A DNA stretch of 64,000 bases from Eledone cirrhosa. Lineage: Eukaryota. The stretch covers positions 243,536,001-243,600,000 of the forward strand of contig OZ024742.1 of NCBI GenBank assembly GCA_964016885.1, given 5' to 3'. Below, one piece after another: positions 52,320-64,000 of the stretch; the first letter of the stretch is position 1, and each line of letters opens with the position of its first letter. The position numbers and the translations under genes were made by a program. Under the pieces are notes generated by a model that did not search any database, was not told where the DNA came from, and saw only the letters and a program-made list of their open reading frames with translations.

Positions 52320-52502
52320 CCAGTAGAAGGAAGACGCAGTCGAGGAAAACCACAAAAAACATGGTTGGAGGTGGTGAGAGCAGACCTCAGATCGCTGAAG
52401 CTTACGGAGATGACAAAGGACCATGATGAATGGAGAGATGCCGTGCTGAATAGGACCCGTCCAACCCTTGCAAGCAGGGAAAAGCGGATGTAAAATGATG
52501 AT
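52320..52502 (+). mobile_element. Short 3' end of the RTE subfamily seen at 13165
   Basis: Near-identical reverse complement of about 13165-13350, with an (ATG)n tail and (TA)n flanks. Confidence 0.85.
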
Positions 52503-55500
52503 ATATATATATACATGCATATGTGTAACAGGGCTCCTTACAGTTTCTGTCTACACAATTCACTCCCTTGATCAGCCTGAGGCTGAAATGAAAGACACTT
52601 GCCCAAAGAATCATGCAGTGAGACTGAACCCAAAACCTGCCTTAAGAAAGACCACATTAAATAATGTAATTCTAAATATCCCTCACCTGAAAATAGACAG
52701 AATGGTCATATAACTGGATCACATTCAGTCATAAAGCTTTTTTGTTTAGAGTTGATCTGATACTAAACAACTTAATATCTATATATAAATTTGAGCGACT
52801 TTTGTTCATCCATCTGTCACACTGTGTGTGTGTGTGTAAAAGGAAGGAAGGGGATGGTGAAAAAACTATGGAAAATCAGCGGCTGGCGTTCCATTAGCTA
52901 CACTGTATATGAGTGTATGTGTATGTTTGTGTAAATGTGTATGTGTGTGTCTGAATGTATGTCTGTAAGTGTGTATTTTTGTAAGTATGTCTGTGTTTTT
53001 ATATTTATGTACTCAAACACAAATGTATGCATATGCACATACACACACGTATACACGTCAGCATGTTGATAAAATATCTACAAAGCACTGACTGATGTAT
53101 AAAGGAAAGACAACTGTGCTGATATGGACACGTAATCCAAAGAGATGATGCATGCTGGGAGAAAAAATGTTGTCTGATTTAAAATAACTACAACAGAGGT
53201 AACAAAAAAAGACATGGAAGAAAAGTTACACCTGAGAAGACTGATAAGATTACAAAAGATAACGAGAGCCTCTACGAGATTGCTTAGCCTGCTAGATATA
53301 ACAGCCACATTTACTTCAAATCACACACCACTGTCTTAAATAAAAAAAATGATACAAGGAACAATACAGTCTCATATACAAAAAACAGGATGGTTGTGGT
53401 TGGAGGGCTTTTGATCTTAAGTCTGTGTGATCAGGATTGACTAGTGTCTAAACAACAACTGCAAAATAAATAGATCTTAATACAATTTTGTAGATCTATC
53501 CAACTTATGCAAACATGGGAAAACAGACATTTAAACAATGATAAGTCTTTCTAATAATGGCACCCGTATTTAACGTGCTTTATGTCACCAGCCCTGAAAG
53601 GATGAAAGGCAATGTTGACCTCAATGATAATGATTATATTCAGTATGTATCGTTCTATGACAACAAAGCACCCAGTCTACCCTGTTAGATGGTCGTTTTA
53701 ATGCCACAATAAAAAGTACCCAGTCCACACTAATGTGGTTGATGTTAGGAAGAGCATCCAGCCATAAAAACCAGATCCATATGAACAAGATATTGTCACC
53801 TGACCTAAATTGTCTCAATGTGACAACTCATCTAATCCATACAAGCATGGAAAAATAGACATTAAATGGTGGTGATGATGGTGATTATACAGAATTCTAT
53901 AAGAATTCAATTTCTATAATTTTTGGCGAAGGCAGGGGATTGTGTGGTTTTGATAAACACCAACCAGCGAGAAACAGACTGTCAATCACTCTCCCTTTGT
54001 TTACGCCGAAAATAAGTGACATAGTCACTACTTTAAAACTAATAGCAAATGGTCTTCTAAATGTGTTTAATTAAACATACGGTATATTGCCAAATATACT
54101 ATACATACATTCATATATATGTGTGTATGTGTAAAGGAATTTTTTTTAATTTATTCTTTCCCAGCTTTATAATGGTCAATATTTACTCATATTTTAGTTA
54201 TAGCTTAAACAAATTTGGAAAGAATGTTATATTCTGTGAATGACCTAGTTTAGCAAGAAACATTTGTAAATAGAAACATTAACTGATGCATTTCTATATT
54301 TCTAATGAAAGACACTGCCTGTGATTTTCAAATAATTTTTAAATAATCAAAAATTTGGAAGGATTTAGAAAAATAACTTTCTCATTTTAAAACTGGTGTT
54401 TGGAACATAAAGGTTCATACATAAAATTATGACAAAAGGTTTTTAGATAACTATAAGCACTTTGAAATAAATAGCTTTAAACGAGAGCAGTTTGATATCA
54501 AAAGGGTTAAATTATATTTTAGGGATCAGGCGTATCAATTTAAGAAAAAGAAACAAACTGATGGGACTCGAGTCACGTATATCACCTGCCAAGCAACTGT
54601 GTAACCAATTACACTACAGAACAAGAATTCCTCAAATTAGATACCATAGTTACTCTCTTGTATATTAACTATATTTTAAAAGGAAGTGCAGTCTAATTGT
54701 TTTAATTACTATAATACTAATTTCTTTAATAGAGAGTCAAAGCAAAATTAATTATGTAGAGGAATGGTAAATTTGACCATATTCTATTTAACCAGGAAAA
54801 ACAAAAAATAAAATCAACCCAAGTAGAATTTGAATTCAAAATATAGGATAAAAGTAAAAACTAGAAATAATTATTTCTACTTTTGGCACAAGGCCAGCAA
54901 TTACCCAGTGCATTACTGGTACTTTATTTTATCGACCCCGTAAGGATGAAAGGTAAAGTTAACCTCAGCGGGATTTGAACTCAGATAGTAAATACTAGAA
55001 ATAATGAGATTAAGCAAAAATATCTGAATATTAATCTCATTTTGTGATGCATATGAAGGATAGCAATTGGGCAAAAATTTCATTTCATTTCTACCACTCA
55101 AGGCTCTTTGGTCATTACTAATAATAAAAATCGCATTACAGAAAAAATATTTCTTTTGATATCAAAGTAAATTTATCGGAAGGTTGATTTGTAAAATCCA
55201 TATCAGTTTTCTTTTAAAAGTTATGAAGTTACAATTTTTTTACCTTCATTATTATCTAAACTAACTGAAAGTTAGTAACTGCTGCAAAAGATATATCACA
55301 GCCTTCACCTATTACTCCATTTTGAAAGCTTGAAATTATGTTAATCCTGTAATGTTATACACTTGATAAACTTCCTGAAACACACGAATCTAAGTAAACT
55401 AAATTTTCAAACAAAGCTCCTTACACTACAGAATGAAAGTTGCCTTTTACTGACATAACAAATCTTTCAAATTTTAAGGAAAGTAGGGTTACATAAAATA

Positions 55501-57199
55501 ATTGTTTCTACTTTTGGCACAAGGCCAGCAATTACCCAGTGCATTACTGCTACTTTATTTTATCGACCCCATAAGGATGAAAGGCAAAGTCAACCTCGGC
55601 GGGATTTGAACTCAGAATGGTTGAAAACGGTCTCAGCTAAAAGCAATTCAAAAATGGTAATCATCAAAATATCTATAAAAATCGCTTTGTTAATGGTACC
55701 AAATTTTCTACACTAGGTGATGTTAGAAAATAAGATTTGACTATTCAACAGAAACAGTCTTATTTGATGGTAAAATTTAAACCAATGGTCCAGTGTGAAA
55801 ACAAACAAATAGGAAGTAACTAACTTTATCACCCTGCTATAGTATTGACACTTTAAAATATACAATGATTCTCATTGTCAATTTTCTATTAGATCTGACA
55901 AAAACTAACAACCAAACAAGAATATCAAGTCTAGAAGTATTTTCTATTTACCATAATAAAACAAACAAAAAAAGAATTAAAAATTCAAGTTATTTTTAGC
56001 ACTAAGTAATAGGTACAGGAATAATTCTCATACTTATGATAAGAACTCGAAAAAGTACATGAAGAAAAATGAAAACAATTTTCAACTATAATCTAATGCT
56101 AAGTTATGTTGTTAACCCTTTTAGCATTTACATTATATATACTATTGTATTTTCACGGTAAACATTTTACCTCACATAATATTGAATCTATGAGATTCTG
56201 ATATCTATTTTGAGAACAATACCTTAACATAAGTATGAGCAGCCTGTTACAGCCAGTTTGAACAGAAAGAGGTGAGAGAATTCTGGTCAATATGGCCAGT
56301 TTAAATGCTAAAGGGTTAAACATCTCGCTTGACACACATTTAGAAATTCAATTTTAATTTTTAGAAAGAATTATAATTTTTGGTTCAGTAAAATGATTCT
56401 TATCATTAGTAATGATCTGATGACTGTATTTTAAAAGGTAAACAAAAAAGACACACATCAAGCTATTAATAAAATCTCAAAATGATAAATACTTAAATAA
56501 CCAAAACACCAGAATGCTACGAAAATATATATAAAGAAAAAAAAGGATATATTTGTCAGTTTAAAGTATCCTATATATAAACATAATGCAAAGAAATAAA
56601 TATCTTGCTGTCAGCTTTTACTTCTGATTAGCTATATATTAACTGAGTGTTAAGATATAGCTAATATTAGCTATATATTAACAGGAGTGACAATAAAATG
56701 ATCATGTTGATGTCATAACAAAAAGCACCTAGTCTACACTGTAAAGTGGTTGTGTTGGTGTCACAACAAAAAGCGCCCAGCCCCATACTGTAAAATGGTC
56801 ATTTTGATGTCATGATAAACACCCAGTCCTCACTGTAAATGTAGTTGGAGTTAGGAATGACATCTAGCTACAGAAACAGTACTGTATGCACAAGATACGG
56901 TCATCTGATCTGACTTGTTTCACTATGAGACAAATCGTCTAACCCATGCTAGTGTGGAAAATTGGACATTAAACAGTAATGATGATGATGATGACACTCA
57001 TATATATGCATAAAAATAACAACCTGGCCAGCGACAGATGGCAATTTTTACTTGGGAAACAAATAAGCAAAGATATAGATCTATTCAATAAGCAAAAATA
57101 TCTATTCAAGTCATATCATATTATATCATATGTCATAAATGCCTATTTTTCCCTTTACTTTGCCTTTAAAAATGATGTATATTGAAACTTCACTGCATT

Positions 57200-59470
57200 C
57201 ACAGGCAACTTCAATGGATATATTGGACAGTACCAGGAGGGATTGACTGGAGTTCATGGTGGCTATAGTTATGGCTCAAGAAATGAAGAGGAAGCGAGAT
57301 TCTTAGAATTCTGTGATGCAAATGAACTAATTATTTGCAACACAAATTTCAGGAAACCAGTTAACCATCTGAACACATAGCAATCAGGCAAACACACCAG
57401 CCAGATGGACTTCTTTCTTGTAAGACAAGATAGACAAACAGAAATATATGCTAAGGCCTTCCCTGGAGAAGAATGTGCTACCCAACACAAGTTAGGTATC
57501 AGTGACATCAAGATAAACACATCATAGAACAAAATATGCAAGAAAATATGGAGATGAAAGGTTTGGAAACTAAAAGACCTATTAAATATAAGTTTAGAAA
57601 GCCCCAGGCAGACAGTGGGTAACTTGGTGGTGAAACAGCACAGTGGGCAGAACCATTAAACCAAGAGGCAGACATGGAAAGACTGGAAAGGTGGGCAAAG
57701 CAGAGACCAGTATCAGGTAGCTGAGAGAAAAGCTAGATAACAGGTATATATAACTCAGAAACAGACTGAAGAACGAAAGTTTATCAATGTCTTACAACAT
57801 GAGGATCAGACATGAAGTGTTATGCATTGCAAGGGAGTGTGTCAGTTTGAATTGAGATGTTGGGGAAAAGTGTTAAAAATAACACTGATGCTCAAAAAAT
57901 TGAGGCCTGGAAATGTTACTATGAGAGGCTGAGATGCTAAAAGTATCAGAAGTAGGAGCCAAACTAGTAACCCGCATAGTCAATCAGGTAATACAAGATG
58001 GAGTCATACCCAATGATTGGTGCAGCGGTATAATCATAAATTGCTGCAAGGGTAGAAGTGATGCTCTAGAATGGAGCAACTACAGAGCAATAAAACTGAT
58101 GGACCAATCTATGAAAGTGACAGAAAGAGTTCTAGTACTGCTAATTCAAGAAAGAGTCAAATTAGACGATATGAGACAACTACAAGAGAAGTTCCTAACC
58201 AAGAATAAGCCCCTATATCTAGCTTTTGATGATCTAGAAAAGGCTTTTGACAGAATAACATATTCTGTTATTTGATGGTCCTTATGAAAATTAGGTGTAG
58301 AATGGCTTGTGAGAGCAATCAGTAAAGTAAGAATAGGAAGTGAGTTTAGTGAGGAATTCAAGGTACAGGTAGTTCATCAAAGTTCAGTTCTCAGCCCAAT
58401 GCTGTTCGTCATAGTTCTCCAGGCCTTTACAAAAGAGTTTAAGACTGGCTGTCCATGGGAACTTATCTATGCAGATGATTTGGTGCTTATGGCTGTATCC
58501 ATAAAAGAACTAGAGAATAAGAAACTACAGAATTTGGAATCAAAAGGTCTGAGAGTAAACTTAGCCAAAACTATGTAGGAAAGAAAATATGACTGCTGCC
58601 TTCAAGGAAATGGCCCTGCTCAGTATGTAGAAAAAGAGTAGGCATAAATTCTATATGATGTACACAATGTAAATCTTGAGTATACAAGAGATATACTGGG
58701 ATAACAGGTAGACTAACAGGAAGGAAAGATTTTGTATGTAAAATATGTACAGAGGTAATCAAGGAGAAGCGTGTCAGTGATATAAACCTTTTCCAATCAC
58801 ATGAAGAATCCGTAGAAGTGGTTGATGATAGCTTCTGCTATCTAGGTGACCTAATTAGCAGTGGGGGAGAGTGATCTTAGATCAGTATAGCTAGAATAAG
58901 GATAGGCTGAAAGAAGTTTAGAGAGTTATTCCTATGATACCTGTGTGCAAAGCACAATGCTGCATGGTAATGAAACATGGGCTGTGACTGCAGAGGACAT
59001 GCATCAGCTAGAGAGAAATGATGCAAGCATAATTCATTGAATGTACAATGTAAATATGAGAGATAGACAGAGCTTGGATGAATCAAAGGAGAAACTTGGT
59101 TTAAGAAAAATCTGAAGTGGTGTGCAAGAGAGAAGACAGTTTGTATAGACATGTAATGCGCATGAATGATGATCATTTGGTAAAGAAGTGCCAGGAAATC
59201 CCGGTGGTAGGAACCCGTAGTAGTGGCAGACCAAGAAGAACTTGGGTGGAGGTGGTGAAAACTGATATCAAATTGCTGAGACTCACAGAGACGTGAGAAA
59301 AGAATGCGACGAGTGAAGAGATGCTATACTGGAAAGGACCCATCCAACCAATTTGAGTGAGGAAAAATGGACGTAAAAACAATGATGATGATATATCTAT
59401 ATTTATATCTATATACACATATATCCCACCCTTGCAAGCAGGGAAAAGCGGATGTAAAATGATGATGATG
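57200..59470 (+). mobile_element. Old, heavily degenerate RTE LINE (EN C-half + RT + tail)
   Basis: GNFNG, NYRAIKLMDQ, DDLEKAFD, ELIYADD and GRPRRTW remnants with many stops. Confidence 0.88.
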
Positions 59471-59514
59471 ACATACATTTATATATATATATAATATATA
59501 TTTAATATATATAT

Positions 59515-62057
59515 ATCATCATCATCAACGTTTAACGTCCGTGTTCCACGCTTGCATGGGTTTGGACGGGGGTTTTCCCACTTGAGGCAAGAGTGATTGT
59601 CTTGCTCGCATAGGACTGTCTGGCGGGTTTTCTACAGCTGGATGCCCTTCCTAACACCAACCACATTTACAGTGTGGGTCTGGGAGGTTTTTACCGTGTT
59701 GCCTACACGGCCACATTACAGCGTGGACTGTCTGGCGGGTTTCCTACAGCTGGATGCCCTTCCTAACACCAACCACATTTACAGTGTGGGGCTGGGAGGT
59801 TTTTACCGTGTTGCCTACACGGCCACATTACAGCGTGGACTGTGTTTTTTTGTCCTGACACCTACACGATCTCATTTGTTTCGGCCTGGATGGTAAGGCA
59901 CCAACATAACTTTATATAGAAGGGGCGGGGGTGGTGGGACGGGGGTGTATTTTGTTAGAGATGCCTACTGACTGTAGTAGGTTTTACTATGTATTTAGGT
60001 AAGGCGGGTCTTCTCTATTACTGAGTACCGCCAAAGGTCTCGGTCCAGTGACATTGTCTTGGAGAGGTGTAAGTGTGTGAGGTCGGAATTTATCAGCTCG
60101 TCCCAGGTTTTTCTGGGTCTGCCTATTCCATGGCTACCGTCTATCTTTATTGCCCTGCACTTTGTTATACAGCTATCGTCTTTCATGCGCATCACGTGTC
60201 CATACCAACGTAGCCTTCTCTCGAGTAAACAACATCTGATCCCTCTTATTTCTAATTTTTTCCTTAGTTCGTTTATGCTTTGCCGTTCACGTATATTACT
60301 ATTACACATCCAGCGGAGCATGCAAGCTTCGTTCCTCTCTAGTCTGCGTATATCCTCTGCACACAATGCCCAGGTCTCACTGCCATGCAACATTGCTGTT
60401 CGTATGCAGGCATCATACAACCTGCCTTTCATTTTTAGGGAGAACCCTTTAGCGGCTAATAGTGGTATAAGCTCTCTGAACTTTTTCCATCCAGTTCTGA
60501 CTCTAGCTACTGTACTTTCAGAGCACCCTCCCCCACTGCTGATTTTGTCACCCAGGTAACGGAAGCTGTCCACTATTTCTATAGAGCCCTCTGCGCAGTT
60601 GAAAGAGCTAGTATTTTGTGGGCACTTGCTGCTACTTATTGCACCAGAGCACCGGCCACATGTGAAATCTATGTTCTTAGTTAGCTTACCTGTGATCCCA
60701 CTACATCTTTTATGCACCCATACTTTGCATTTCGGACACAAAATGGAGTTTCTGCCTACGCCTTTCCTACACACTGAGCATGGCCACTTCCCGGAAGGGA
60801 CCGCCGCCTTATTTTCTTTCCTACAAACTAGAACTTTAGTCTTAGCCAGGTTAATTTTAAGGCCTTTTGATTCTAGGCCGTGCTTCCATGTTTGGAATTT
60901 CTTCTCTAGCTCGGCCATTGATTCCGCTATGAGTGTCAGGTCGTCTGCGTATAGGAGTTCCCATGGGCAGCCGGTCTTGAACTCCTCTGCTATAGCCTGA
61001 AGGGCAATAATAAATAGTAGGGGGCTGAGAACAGAGCCCTGATGGACGCCAACTTTTACGCTAAACTCTTCACTATATTCGTTGTTAATTCTAACCTTGC
61101 TGACTGTTTCTTTATACATGGCTTGTATAGCTCTCACAAGCCATTCATCAACACCTAGTTTTCTAAGGGCCCACCAGATAATCGAGCGGGGTACTCTGTC
61201 AAAGGCTTTCTCCAAGTCAACAAAAGCTAAGTATAGGGGTTTACTTTTAGCTAGGTACTTCTCCTATAGTTGTCGTACAATGAAAAGAGCGTCTGTGGTA
61301 CTTTTGCCTGACACAAACCCGAACTGCATTTCATCGAGGTCAATTCTCTCTCTGATTAGTTGCGCTATTACTTTTTCCGTGACCTTCATGACCTGGTCGA
61401 TTAATTTAATGCCTCTATAGTTACTCCTATCTAGGGCATCTCCTTTACCCTTATAACAGTTAACGATGATGCTGCTACGCCAGTCCTTCGGAACAACCCC
61501 ATTCTGTACGACTTGATTAACTATCCGGGTGACCATGGTGTATCCCACCGTGCCAGATGCCTTCAGCATCTCAGCAACTATTTCCGAGGGCCCAGCTGCC
61601 TTACCCGCCTTCATATCCTTGATTGCCTTACTTATTATACTACCCTCGACTAACACTGCTGGTCCCTCTATTGGGTCGATGTGGGGGAGACTGTCTTTCT
61701 CCCATTTATTCTCCTCATTTAGTAGCCTTTCATAGTGACACTTCCAAGCTACCTTCTTATCGGCGTCGGTGATGGCAAGTATGCCGTCATCATTAAGTAC
61801 ACACTTCTCCCCGACAATATCACGGTTTTCCTTGACACATTGCCTAGCAATCCTGAACACCTCACGTTTTTGGTCCTCGCGTTGTAGAACATGCTTGAAC
61901 TTTCTTTCCTCTGCTTCCCTTCTTGCGAAGTACACTTGTCTCCTAGCTTCCCTCCTGGCCACTTGATAGTCTTCTCTACTTCCCCCATCCCGCCATACTT
62001 TCCAAGCCTGCTTTTTGGCCTTAATTGACCCCTCCACCTTACTGTTCCACCACCATC
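59515..62057 (-). mobile_element. Young 5'-truncated RTE LINE with an almost intact reading frame
   Basis: One continuous frame from WWWNSKV (about 62057) to IEKTRLT* (59995), interrupted by a single TAG at 61264-61266 (RQL*EKY, where other copies read QE). Confidence 0.95.

Positions 62058-64000
<1,943 letters not shown>

Overview
AT-rich eukaryotic genomic DNA. The MetaSINE-like repeats, (ATG)n-tailed RTE LINEs and abundant (TA)n/(CA)n microsatellites suggest an invertebrate, most likely an octopus or other cephalopod (inference). The window is dominated by one minus-strand gene, Sec16 (COPII ER-exit-site scaffold). I reconstructed 14 phase-consistent GT-AG coding exons from 49719 down to 1045 (4737 nt, 1579 codons). 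They include a 3.1-kb first coding exon and the central conserved domain. The remaining 3' exons are probably left of the window, and the 5' UTR exon(s) were not located. Introns and the upstream region contain RTE LINE copies (one near full length, one young), SINEs, TTAA- and TA-target MITEs, a decayed Tc1/mariner element and a 1.08-kb foldback element with an 8-bp TSD. The most unusual observations are a branched palindrome followed by a decayed type-I hammerhead ribozyme (Penelope/retrozyme-like), candidate in-frame microexons, a tandemly duplicated 5' splice site, a LINE with an inverted copy of its own family's 3' end inserted in it, and an RTE 5'UTR module reused in 3'UTRs. No prokaryotic systems, CRISPR arrays, rRNA or bona fide tRNA genes were seen.
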